A stretch of 63,769 bases of DNA, counting the filler, from Reticulomyxa filosa (taxonomy: Eukaryota > Protista > Foraminifera), in NCBI GenBank assembly GCA_000512085.1. It is 18 parts of 18 records of this genome, joined end to end, with 100 filler letters (N's around TTAATTAATTAA, not from the genome) between each part and the next. Parts side by side here need not be neighbours in the genome. Positions count along the whole stretch, not along the records: positions 11,237 to 18,319 come from ASPP01029159.1; positions 18,420 to 20,230 come from ASPP01041340.1; positions 20,331 to 23,344 come from ASPP01019203.1; positions 23,445 to 24,782 come from ASPP01048089.1; positions 24,883 to 27,500 come from ASPP01001990.1; 13 more parts are not named here. One strand, given 5' to 3'. This document shows positions 13,285 to 25,863 of this stretch, piece after piece. The notes beneath the pieces are model-generated. The model saw only the letters and a list, made by a program, of their open reading frames with translations. It made no database searches and was not told the DNA's origin. Within the stretch, counting starts at the first letter, position 1. Each line of letters starts with the position of its first letter. Both the position numbers and the translations under genes were made by a program.

Positions 13285-14954
13285 ATGATCCCAAGAGCAG
13301 TACAGCAACAACAGCAACAACAACAGCAACGATGCGAACAACCAAGACGAATTAAAAGAGATTTTAGCACGGCATTTGGCGACGATGAAGATGTAATTGT
13401 GCCTCAGCCGAAAAGATCAAAAGTTAAGTTGTTTTTTTTTTTTAAAGGCACAAACACAAAAGTGTTAGATATACATTATTTGATGGGATAAAGTCTGCGT
13501 TTGTATACAATCTGAAAACAATGGAAATGACAAACAGTTGGCCGAGTTTTGCACCAGTGTGGGCACATATGTGCAAGAGTGTTGGAAGAAAATGTTTTGT
13601 TGCAGAAGGGATCAGGTATAATTATGTGTGCATGTGTGTGTGTGTGTGATTTGTAATAATAAATGCCTTTACACAAAGTAAAGACTGGTATTTGTATGTG
13701 ATTGAAACATAATTAGAAACAAGCGCAGCAGAAACAGAAGCGAGAACAACAACAGAGAAGACAAAAGCGAGAACAACAACGACAACAGAGAAGAGAACAA
13801 CGACAAAGAAGACAAAAGGAAGAGCATGCAAAATTGGAAAAACAAACGATGCAAGAAAAAAGATCAATTTTGTTGCCAGCAGAAATTGTCAGATCGAAGA
13901 AAAAGCTGTTAGTGCTTGACTTGGATGAAACGATGGTATACGCAAGATTTGAAGTTTTGATTACGCTTGTTCCTTTGTTTAATCTGTTTATTCACTGTTT
14001 GTTAATGTGTTTCAGCAATTTGCAACGTATACCACACAACGTATACAACAGAAACTGGACAATTACGACTTTGTGGTCGATTCAATCGACAGTCAAGGGA
14101 ATAACGAAACAATCTACGTTAAAAAGCGCCCATATTTGGACAGCTTTTTAAAAAAATGCAGCAGCAAATACGATATTATTGTGTTCACCGCTTCGATTGC
14201 TAATTACGCAAATGCTATATTGGACAGAATAGATACAAATAGAATTATTGCACATCGATTATTTAGAGATTCTGTTACTCACTTCGGAGATGATCACTAC
14301 ATCAAAGTTTTGCATATACATATATAAGATAGATATATATCTTACTATTTTTTTTCCAGATATCGTTTGAAGTAATTTGTGTTGTGAATGCACAAAAAGG
14401 ACTTGAGTCTTCTTGGTAAGCCAATGGAGCATGTCATAATCATCGACGACAAGCCAGGTGTATGTGTACGTCAAATTAGGAACGCAATCCCAATAAATAT
14501 GTACGAAGGCACAGATGATGACGAACAGGTTTCTTTTACTTGATTTATATATGTATTGTATTCCTTTATGTGGTCTTTCAGATGTTCACACAAATTTTTT
14601 TTTTTTTAAAAAAAAAGAAAGATTGTGTTGAATATATGTTTGTGTGTGTGAAAATAGCTCAAGTTATTGATGCCAGTGTTATTGACAACGCTAGCGAAGA
14701 CACCAGACGTGCGCAAAGTACTGGATGCAAAGGAATCACTTAAGTGGCTGTACAACAAGGCTCTTGTCGGTGATAACACAATCCGGTATCAAATTTGTTT
14801 TTTATTCTCTGTTGATAAAAATAAATAAGTTAATACTAACAAATACTCAAAACATAGTAAATCAAAAGAACGAAAACAATTGGACAAGCCGATCAAGCGG
14901 AAGATACAAAGAAAAGAGACAAAGCATGTAGCTGCGAAACATCGTAGAATATGA
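13285..14954 (+). CDS. CTD small phosphatase-like (SCP/NIF/FCP1 HAD family)
   Basis: KKLLVLDLDETMV, YVKKRPYLDSFL, VFTASIANYANAILD, HRLFRDS, YIKDLSLLGK..VIIIDD and DVRKVL. N-terminus is poly-Q and charged. Confidence 0.92.
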
Positions 14955-15149
14955 TTGAAGGGGATTTAATGGGTTGAAAATAAATGTATAATGAAGTGTA
15001 TGTACGAATAATTGAGTGAGTAAATTGGTGTTGTGTTCAAAGATAATAAGTTAATTTATATTAATCTATTTTACATTGGGACAGTTTAGTTTTTTTGTCA
15101 GGTCAACTATTTGTAAAAAAATATCGAAAGCAAGTAATGTTGTCATTTT

Positions 15150-18100
15150 ACTTTTTCTTTACATAAATAGATGCACACTTACTTGATTGGTGGTAATGTG
15201 TTGCAAATTGAAATTTGAACGTATATAAAAGCGTGAATGTTGATACAACGTAAGATAACAAATATCGATCATTGCAAACATTATATTGTATTGTATACAT
15301 CAAAGTGATTGCAAAGCTGCTGAAGATCGAAAGAATCATATTGATACAAAAAAAGCAACATTTCGGTCAATGTTCAATAATTGGAACTGGCCATTTGGTC
15401 AGCATATTTGTTTTGGTTTAATCATGTGCCAATAGATCATTGCATTTTTTTGTTATGTGGCATCTCGTGGAAAGGATGAACAAATCAAAGTGATTTGAGT
15501 GAACTGCAATTATCAGTTTAGCCTTTACTATATGTTACACAAGAAATAGCTCGGCTGAATTTCACGACAATTACAAAGAATTTTTTAAAAAAAATGGAGT
15601 TCAATGCAAAGGAATGTTGACGACGATTGACACAATACTATTTGAATTCGAATCCGAAGCTAGCTGTTTATCTTTCAGTTCGTGACAAAAAAAAAAAGAT
15701 ATATACAAATATATTTGGTAATATATAAGTACTAGCTTATGTTATGATTTGTACATTGCTATCAATCACAGTTTGCCAATGGAGCAAAATCCAACAAACC
15801 AAGAGATCAACGACAAGACAAATCTTTTCGTTTGCAGTACATCGAAGACGTTGTGGTATTGAAAGACGACGAAGTTATAAATCAGCTAGAAAATGGGTCA
15901 GTGTTCAAAACGCGTAAAACACATCACAAATATTGCATTGAGTCATTACAACCACTTTCTTCGGCATTGATCCTGACACTGTTGTATCGTTGTCAGTCGG
16001 TATGTGCATAGACTGAGGATATATACGTCATTGTGCAATGGATGACATTGTAAGTTTGACACTATATTTTGTAATGTATTTATTTGTTCGATGGAACATA
16101 TGAAATAATACGACTTTGTGACTTGTGTGTATGTATCATAACTTATCTGAATTGAAAATAAGATAGTCAAAATAAGTATGAAGTTGAAAGGGAATCGCAA
16201 CAATCAAGATATATGCATTGCCTGCTAGATGAAGCAATTTGGGAAATATTTCAAGATAATTTGGAATCGTATAGCATTGTGATATTATGTTACGAAAAAA
16301 AAAAGGACGTACATTATGGACTGTCGGATCGAATAACATACTGAATTGGAGCGACCAGCACTCGATCAACGGCATTGTGACATTTGTGTATCTGTCATTG
16401 ATGGTTGATAATTACTTTGGATTGGATTGATTGAGTTAGATTAATTAGATTGAATTAGGTGCAAATAATATAAAATCGGAGTGCGTTGGATTGAAAGGTG
16501 ATAACGAAGGAATAAAATAAATGGTGATCGGGCTGCGATTGCATTGGATAGCATTTATATTTTTTTTTAAAAAAATGATATAATCAAAACAATAACAACA
16601 ATACTAGGAAGTAAATATTTGAAAAAAAAAGAGAATAGAGGGGGGAGAAAGGAACAGTGGAATACCTTGTCAAACGTGCAGCTTGAATCAATAAAACCAT
16701 TTAAGTCGATATATACTATCTTCTTTTTATTTATGGCTTTGTCTTCTATTTCAAAAAATAAATAAATAAATCAAATGAAATGAATGTTGTTTGTGTTGGT
16801 GTCTATTTTGTGCAATATGAATCGGATAAAAGAAAGTTCAAAAAAGCATAGCGACAGGAATACCAGAACAAAGAAATGAAGACCAAAATTTAAGTGACTT
16901 TCTTTGTCATTGTTTGTATCATGTTGTCATTGGAATATATAAACAATGATAACTACTATGTGTTGTGTAACAGACAAGGTGTTCCTGTTCACTTCCTCCT
17001 CTTACCTCTCATTCTCAGATATTTTTTAAATTTTATCTATTAACAATAATAATGGAATTTAAAAATATACACAATCCATGCAATCCTACTCGTCATCCGA
17101 TATGAATATCATTTGTTTTATCACCGGACAGTCTGATTAACTCCAAAAATCATTTTATCATTTACCACCTGACTCGATCTGATTCTATTCGATTCAATTC
17201 AGTTCAATCATTCAATCGAAATGTCCACTGCCAAGTGCTATTATCGTTCCATTTGTGTTATGACGTCTGGATGTCCGTTCATTGACATCAAGATCCATAT
17301 TCCATTTTTTATCGATTCCACATATCTTGCATCACCCAAACAAAACAAAACAAAAAAATGGCCACCGTCAGAGGTATTTGGGATGATTTAAGATGACGAC
17401 AATGCATGTGCATCGTTCATTTGTTTTTTTTTAAATATTATTTATTGCGATCTTGGGTTCCCTTGAATCGAACAGTCGATTTGGATATTGAAAACATGGG
17501 ACAGCATGCAAATTTGACCTTTTTCGTTTTCATGACAGTATGTCTATATCATTATTTGTAAAGGTGTGCAAGATTTTTCAGTTTTATTTTTGTTTTGTGC
17601 AAAATAAATAAATAAAAATCACATCATATTGGTGTTGAATCTTTACATTGTGCAATAGGACGAATAATTAACTGCAATAAAACAAAAAATCAGATTGTAA
17701 CAATTTAAAAAAATGCAAATATTTGCATCTTTGTTCCAGTCGCGCACACATTATCGTTGTCTCACCACTTATTACTTGGTCCAAGATCGAGCCATTTTAC
17801 CACTTTGGCACATAATCCAACCATTGATATCGATCAATATTTATATTCTGGACATAGTCATGCTAAGACTACTCCGTTGCACGAAATTAGTATTTGATAT
17901 AATTGATCGTTGTTCAAATGTGTCATTGATCATAGAATATATCCTCATTTGACATGTTGGTCATATCAGAGCCATTCAACCACGTATATTGTGTCAATGT
18001 CGGTTTGATCTGTCAAGTCGATTAAAACCAATTAATATATTTTGAAATGAACTCTTTTTCTAATGTTTCCATTGCGTTCACGGTTCGCTGCATATCATTC

Positions 18101-18300
18101 ATATACATATCTTTGAAGAAATGGCTCAAATAGAATATTCGAAACTTTGAAGAGGTGCAATTCATATTCCATTTGTCACATAAGAAAGAGATATGAGTGA
18201 AAAGAACAAGCGAGTCCAATAACGTGTTGATTGATCGTTCAATAGAATTTCAATAATTTAAATAGCAAGCAATGATTTTTTCATTTGCTGAAGGTACCAG
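15150..18300. pseudogene. Decayed coding-like sequence of unknown family
   Basis: About 3 kb of sequence complexity resembling exons, with intron-like AT runs, but only short stop-broken frames on both strands. Confidence 0.35.
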
Positions 18301-18419
18301 GTTATATCTTTTTTTTTTTNNNNNNNNNNNNNNNNNNNNNNNNNNNNNNNNNNNNNNNNNNNNTTAATTAATTAANNNNNNNNNNNNNNNNNNNNNNNNN
18401 NNNNNNNNNNNNNNNNNNN

Positions 18420-20230
18420 GATGTGGTACTGCCTCCATTTTTCTTTGGATTATCCAATTTCCATCTACGCAATAGTAAATGTTGCAACACCTTGTTTTTT
18501 AATTATTATTAGCTATTCTCTCTTTTTCTTCAACAAAAAAAAAAATATATATATATATATGTATGTATATTTTTTGCAAAACTGATGACAGGTTTATCTC
18601 TGTTGTTTCAAATTGTTGTATCCTTTTTTCCAATTCTTGTTGTGACTGCTCCATTCCTTTTTCAATTACCGATTTTATGTCTTTCTGTGCATTTAGAATA
18701 AATTTCAATGTGTCCACATCCTTGACGCCGTCCAATAAATGATTAAAAATTATTCTTTCTGCCATAATTTGGTTTTGTGTGCCTGTCTGAGTCGGAACGA
18801 CAAAAATGGAGACATCAGCGTGTATGGAATAATTTTTCTTTTTGTTTGTGTACTGTACACAAAGAGATACATCTCCTTGTACTGCTTGAAAATCTTTGTA
18901 AAAAACGGTGGATGCAATCTTTTGCAACTCACATTCTTTTTTTTTTTTTATATCACAAATGTAAGGTATTGATATAAACTTTAAAAAAAAAAAAAGAGCA
19001 AACACATACTTATATCTTCATCATCTTTTAATGAAATGGATGTGATATTTGTTTTTAGTTCACAGACATAGATACGCAGATTCCTTTTTGGTAGTCTACT
19101 CCCGTTGTCGTCTTTGTTTGCAATTTGTTGCCACGCTTTCAGTAGAGTGGTGGTGTCTTCATCTTCGGTTAACTCTTGAAATGTTTGCACAATTTGCCAA
19201 CACTTTTGCATTCCTAAACTTTGTTTGGATGAATCCTTTTCCAACATTTGTACAATCTCTGATGGAACACCACACCGAGTTCGTATGCACGCCTCAATCA
19301 CTTTCTTCACACAAGTAAATACGTTTTCAGTTGAATTGCTCGTAAGCCACCCTAAGCTTAAGACTACAAGGAGTGAAAAAAACCAAAAAACGATTATATA
19401 TTTTAAAAAAAAAAAAACCATGCTTTACACAAACAAAAAAATAAAATATATGCAACAACTTTTATTATTCCAGGCTTGATTGGCATCATTAAAAGCTTCC
19501 AGTGCTTGCATTGCACTTCCCGAAAGTGGGATTATTTGCATTTTCCGTCTGTTCAAATTCAAACAAAACAAAGGTATGCAACTATTTGTCACAATTTATA
19601 AAAATAAAAAAACCAAACGGCGGAGTTTGTGACTTCAGTTTCACGTGTGTTGGGTGCCATTTATCATTTATCAATCGCAAATGAAATTCCACAATATCAT
19701 CTTTTCTTGGCTCTACTCCCGATATTGAAGTAGCTTCAGCTTCCCAAAAGACCACCTTTATTGCCATACACAATAACTTTTAAATTTGTACATGTAAGCA
19801 AATACCTTTATGAATAATACGTACATATATGTACACATATACATATACGTATTACACACTGTTTGCTCCTGTCCTCTTGAATGCATTGAATACGGTACAA
19901 TTTGAGTTGTTGACTCTTTACTGGATACTGAAATATCTTTAGAATATATTTTCGGAAATTGCATGTTATGTATTGCCACAGTGTTTGATTCATTGATAGA
20001 ATAACAGCATTCAACTTCATCACCTTCTTCTATTTCCAAATGTTTCCATTTTTCATCACTCAAGTGAATCATTACTTGTATGTTGTTCTATTGCATGGGG
20101 ATATGTTTTTGTTTTTTTAAAAAAAAAAAAATCGATTTTTTTTTTTGTGATATACGTAGTAATTGTACCTTCAATGTCACATAGGCGCTGTTAGTTGTTT
20201 TTATCACTTTGGAAACCAGCACAGTTTCTT
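18420..20230 (-). CDS. Internal exons of a large hypothetical protein, possibly with OB/cold-shock-like modules
   Basis: Consecutive minus-strand exons; LEIEEGDEVECCYSI and PRKDDIVEFHL resemble 'GDxVEF' OB-fold strands (weak). Confidence 0.5.
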
Positions 20231-21380
20231 NNNNNNNNNNNNNNNNNNNNNNNNNNNNNNNNNNNNNNNNNNNNTTAATTAATTAANNNNNNNNNNNNNN
20301 NNNNNNNNNNNNNNNNNNNNNNNNNNNNNNCTGTAATACGATAGATTTGCTACTTAAAGAAAGTGTAAATTCCGTGAAACGAAATCAATTTAAATAAATA
20401 AAACATAAATTGAAAAGAAATGAAAGGAAAGAGACAAAGGAGAAAGAAGTAAGTTTTGAGAAAAGTTTAACCTATTGTGGATTAATCAGTTCCATTTACG
20501 TTCAAGTATTTGTAGTAGGGACTTGTCCTACAATAACGTCTTGCGATATATGAAAGAATTTTGAAGAATCACTTAAAATATTTTTAACTATTTTGTCGTA
20601 TGCAAAGTTCGTTGCGAAAGCGGATTAAATACAAGATTCAAAGATATCAAACTACAAAAGAATAATTTTTTTATTAGTAATTTTTTTTATTTAATAAATT
20701 TTTTTTTAACTAGTTGAAAATATCATATATCGTGAAATGTCATAAATATGACAACTACTCAACGTGCAAAACGAAGATTCAGTAAACGTTATGACAACCA
20801 TAATATCATGAACAAGCAAACAAAATTTAGCAACTTTGATACTAAATAAGCCAATTTAGTGAATAATCAAAGTTTTGTTAAACTGTTTATTGATTTCACT
20901 TACAACTTTTGAAATTTGATTTATTTTTTTGGATATTTTAATGCTTAAACAAAACTTGAAATATATTTTTTCTATTGTTGTTGTCTGTTGTGTGTGTTTT
21001 CTACAAATTTTTGTTGATCTTTTCCTTTTTTTTTTATTAGAGTCTGTATTCCTTTTGTGATGATTTCTCTTTGACTGTATAAGATCTTAATTCTCGTAAA
21101 AAAAAAGATCAAATTGCACCAGCAAAATTCGAACATTTACCTTATTGATGTCTTGGATATGCAGAATGTTTAGATTGTGATATTATCTCAATAAAACACA
21201 AATCAATTCAAAAAATATTTTGTTGAAGTTTTTCAAATAGCAACGTTTGCACTATTGAGAATTTCAGTTTATTATTTTTATTTTCAAAATAAAATAGAAA
21301 ACTTCGTTTAAGTTGTAAAAATTCTAAAGTAATTTGCATTTAGTTATCTAATTTATTTAAAAACAATCAGTATATTCCAC

Positions 21381-23336
21381 TTAAGGCTGTAAACCCCATT
21401 TTTTTATTTGAATTAAGTCGCGAGGGTAACATTGTACCAGCTCTGTTTCCAATTCGACCATGTGCATGTTTCCTTCACTGTCACCAACCCACAAATGACT
21501 GCCTTCGTAGTCGAATGCTAGACACGTAAGAAAGCGTTGTTCGTTTTCTAAGACTAATCTTATTCTTGATATTGGCATCGTAACGGAGACTGCCATATCG
21601 TAAACACTCAAGTGAAATCTCTCAACGCAGGAAACAACAGTTGGTTTAGAAGTTGACCATTTTGCATCTCCAAAACCGGCAATTTGATCGATGGACTAAT
21701 ACATAAAGCATTTGTTGTTTGTGAGGGAGCAAATACGGACACAATAATACAAGCAAACAAGCATCGCCAAAAAAAAAAAAAACGTACATGTATTTCAAAG
21801 ACAGGTTTCATTTGAAGCAATGAAAATACTCTTAAAATTCCATCTTTGGAAGTAGATAAAAACACGTTCTGATTAAACGGTGAGCATTCCAATGCCGTTA
21901 CAAATCCAATATGTTTTGTATATGACAATTTTATGTCAGTGCAAGGATAAATCTCCTCTGCACTACATTGACTTAAAAATATGTCTTGCAAAGTCAATGC
22001 TGTATTTTCTTTTGTTTTCATATCCAAGTCATTATTAGTGTTTTTATATTTTTCAATTTTACGTAGGACTTGCAGTGCGTTTTTGGCACATCCAATGTTT
22101 TTATACAACCGATAAGCAGCAGCTGCCCATATAATACCGTCTTTCTTAATTGTTCTGTCTTCTTGTGCATCTTTGTTCTCAGTTGTTGTATCACTGGTAT
22201 CCAGACAACTCAACACTCCACCTCCTGTTTTATTGTGTGCAATTTTTCAAAGTACTTTTCTTGGAAGGAGGGGGGAAAAAAAAAAAAAAGAAAATCAAAA
22301 ACAGTAGATAGTATAAGTATATTTGCAAAATAAAATAAAATAAAATAAATGTACCTTGCGTTGCTAATATAAAACGCCCCCATTGACAGTTTGGAAAGGC
22401 TACTTTTGTAATTGAAATGTTGACTGCAGTTGCTGTGGACAGTTCTGGAATATATGTTCTATTGCTGAGTGAGTGACCAAAATAAATTCGGTTTGGTTGC
22501 AAGCGATAACCTAATTCAGGGTATTGCATTTTGTCTTTTGTCACGTTCCACAGCAGTATTTTACCATCCAAACTAACACTTACCAATTTGAGGTTACTAT
22601 CACTGTAATTGTTCACCCATTGTATATCGGTAATGGGCTCGTGATGGTAGCATTCGTTACTATTACTGCTTTTGTAACGCTCTTGTTCAGTTGGGTCCCC
22701 CTGTTCCTCTTGGTACAGTTTGTAAATGTATATGCAGCCATTAAATAGCCCTACACTTAAAATGTCACGCTCAACTGGATGGAATTGCAAGACGGTAACA
22801 CATGAGGGCAATTCTCTTTGTGACTCACGTTCAAGCGTACGTAAATTGTAGAGACTTATAGAAGACGAATGAGAACAGTAATTTTGATGGCCCTCAACTC
22901 CGTGACCGACTGCCAATAGGTTGCTTTTGCAATTGATACTCACAGAATTGCATGAAAAAGAGATTGTGTCTGTTGATTTTGGTGTTGCCTCTATGGATTG
23001 TGTCAATTTTTTCGAGTTAAAATCTTTGTTGCAATGAATAGTGCGTTTGACATAAGTTTTAGAGTTCGAGTGATCTTTCCAGTCAGCGTAATAATGTTTG
23101 AACACACCCTTTAATTCAATTGCTAATGTTTGTTCCAATTCATGTAGTATTTGCGGTTGAATTTGTTTGAGAAATTTAACTAAATTGTTTTCATTGAATT
23201 GAAGAGTTGGATGAGTTTGTCGAAGTATTTCTTCACTAGTTTCAGTTTGTGTCCACTGATTTTTTTCATTGTCAGTTTGTGAAGACACGCTTTTAGAAAT
23301 GGTGGGTATAGTTTGAACAACTTTGCTATCAGACAT
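21381..23336 (-). CDS. WDR34: Cytoplasmic dynein-2 intermediate chain WDR34/DYNC2I2-like
   Basis: N-terminal VQT/SQT/TQT light-chain-binding motifs, LAVGHG..HQNYCSH, SCVTVLQFHP, LSVGLFNG, HHEPITDIQW, LVSVSLDGKILLW and HIGFVTALECSPFNQNVFLSTSKDG..RVFSLLQMKP. Confidence 0.85.
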
Positions 23337-23444
23337 GTTTTTTANNNNNNNNNNNNNNNNNNNNNNNNNNNNNNNNNNNNNNNNNNNNTTAATTAATTAA
23401 NNNNNNNNNNNNNNNNNNNNNNNNNNNNNNNNNNNNNNNNNNNN

Positions 23445-24477
23445 ACGCAAGCCCAGGTAGTATGGACGGCTTCACCAACGGAACATCCCACACAGGCTCA
23501 AGTCGTTTGGACTGCTTCACCAACCGAACATCCGACCCAAGCGCAAGTAGTGTGGACAGCCTCTCCAACGGAACATCCGACTCAAGCACAAGTCGTATGG
23601 ACCGCATCGCCTACAGAACATCCGACGCAAGCACAAGTCGTGTGGACGGCCTCCCCGACCGAACATCCTACCCAAGCACAAGTGGTTTGGACCGCTTCGC
23701 CTACTGAACATCCCACAATGGCTCAAGTAGTTTGGACGGCATCACCAACTGAACATCCCACACAAGCGCAAGTCGTTTGGACTGCATCGCCGACGGAACA
23801 TCCAACTCAAGCTCAGGTTGTGTGGACTGCATCACCGACTGAGCACCCAACACAAGCTCAAGTAGTGTGGACCGCATCACCTACTGAACATCCTACCCAA
23901 GCACAAGTGGTTTGGACTGCATCGCCGACGGAACATCCAACTCAAGCTCAAGTAGTTTGGACGGCATCTCCTACTGAGCATCCTACTCAGGCGCAAGTGG
24001 TCTGGACGGCATCACCAACCGAGCATCCTACCCAAGCTCAAATTGTATGGACTGCTTCTCCGACCGAACATCCCACACAGGCTCAAGTTGTATGGACTGC
24101 CTCACCAACCGAACACCCAACTCAAGCGCAAGTTGTCTGGACAGCCTCACCAACCGAACACCCAACCCAAGCACAAGTTGTATGGACAGCCTCTCCAACG
24201 GAGCACCCAACTCAAGCACAAGTCGTTTGGACTCCGTCACCAACCGAACATCCAACTCAAGCTCAAGTGGTGTGGACAGCGTCACCAACAGAACATCCCA
24301 CTCAGGCACAAGTCGTTTGGACGGCTTCTCCAACGGAACATCCAACTCAAGCTCAGGTTGTTTGGACTGCCTCTCCGACTGAACATCCAACGCAAGCGCA
24401 AGTTGTTTGGACAGCTTCGCCTACTGAGCATCCTACTGAGGCACAAGTGGTTTGGACGGCTTCTCCAACTGAACGTC
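23445..24477 (+). repeat. 45-bp coding tandem repeat, about 23 units
   Basis: TGG (Trp) recurs every 45 nt from about 23463 to about 24453. Confidence 0.95.
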
Positions 24478-24782
24478 CTGTTGCTCCTCCGACGCAACCT
24501 GAAATTGTTTGGGCTGCTCCTACTTCCCAACCTATCGCTCCTCCAACTGGAGCCCAAGTGTCTTGGACTCATGCTCCTTCGCACTGGAAACCAAAATTCG
24601 GTGGGCCTAATCCTCGATTGATCAAATACCAAGACAGCTCCAGCTCTAGCTGGTGGTCAGAGAGCAGCGACCGAAGCGGCGGTGTGTATTGGTGGTCAAA
24701 CGGTCATCACCATCACTCCAAAGATTCCAAAGACTCTAAAGACTCCAAAGACTCCAGTTCTAGTGACTCAAGCAGCAGCAGT
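23445..24782 (+). CDS. Tandem-repeat PT-rich protein (WTASPTEHPTQAQVV)n with Ser/Trp/His/SKD tail; both ends truncated
   Basis: Open frame across the whole contig. About 23 units of 15 aa with variation almost only at third codon positions, which indicates this is the coding frame. Confidence 0.9.
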
Positions 24783-24882
24783 NNNNNNNNNNNNNNNNNN
24801 NNNNNNNNNNNNNNNNNNNNNNNNNNTTAATTAATTAANNNNNNNNNNNNNNNNNNNNNNNNNNNNNNNNNNNNNNNNNNNN

Positions 24883-25305
24883 CATTTGCATCATTTACAT
24901 ACTTTGGAGTAAATTCAAATACCAATGTAATGCCATCCATTATTTTTAATTTTTTGTCGATTTTCTTTGGTGTATTTTTACAAACAGTTTTTTTCAATAG
25001 TTTTTATTTTGGATTAAAGTAGCTTTTTTTTTACTTACTTTAATCACAATATCCAAACTTTTTAATCCTTTCACACAATCCACAAATTTTTGAGGCTCTG
25101 TGGGTAAGATTGCTTTGCCATCGATTTCTATAACAAAATTTTTATCATGCAAATACTCTGGGAACATATTCTGAATGTTTTCATATACGTCGTTTAAATT
25201 CTCTTGAAAAGAGCTTAGACATATAGCTTTTAGCTTCTTCTTGATTGCTCCACTTGTTTCATTAGAAGCTAAAATCGCTATTACCTTTGAAATTGATATT
25301 GACAT
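24883..25305 (-). CDS. Hypothetical protein, 5' exons
   Basis: ATG at about 25305 (MSISISKVIAIL...), about 100-aa alpha/beta-like exon; continues into the spacer. Confidence 0.45.
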
Positions 25306-25863
25306 TATTAACAACGTAAAAATAGTAATGATTTTACGAAAATTCAAAATAAAGATTTTTCTTCAAGACTCTCCTTCAAAGTATATATTTTTTATTGTTC
25401 TTAATGTTCAGTAGAATCATTTTCTTGAGAAAGGGATTATTTTTCGTAGTGAGCAAAGGATTTTTTTAAAAAGAATAAAATTGCACAGAGGAAAAAAAAT
25501 TGTAGTTTTTTTTGTGTTTCTCAAAGCAACTGGACAAAAAAAAACATGAAATAATAATACTTTAGAAGATATCACATATTGGAAAAAGGCACTAAGACGG
25601 CATCTTAAATCTTCAACTAGGAAGTTCTTTTACTTTTGCATTAAAATGGAACTACGCTTTTCATTTAATTACCTGTTCATCAAAACAGTTTTTCCAAAAT
25701 ATTATAATTTCACTCTATTGCGTATTTATAGCTTTTTTTAACTGTCGATCTGTCCATTTTTGAAAAACTAAAAAAATAGTTTTTTTGGTAAAAATTCAAC
25801 TTCAAAAACTTTTGTTTGAAGTTTCAATTGATTATTATTAATAAACCAAAAAAAGAAGTAAAG

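Noticed and set aside
23445-24477. Regular 45-bp periodicity as a CRISPR array
   Set aside because: No unique spacers, variation confined to third codon positions, eukaryotic context and no cas genes.
23389-24632. Alternative-frame and antisense ORFs over the repeat gene
   Set aside because: Shadows of the repetitive, stop-poor coding frame.
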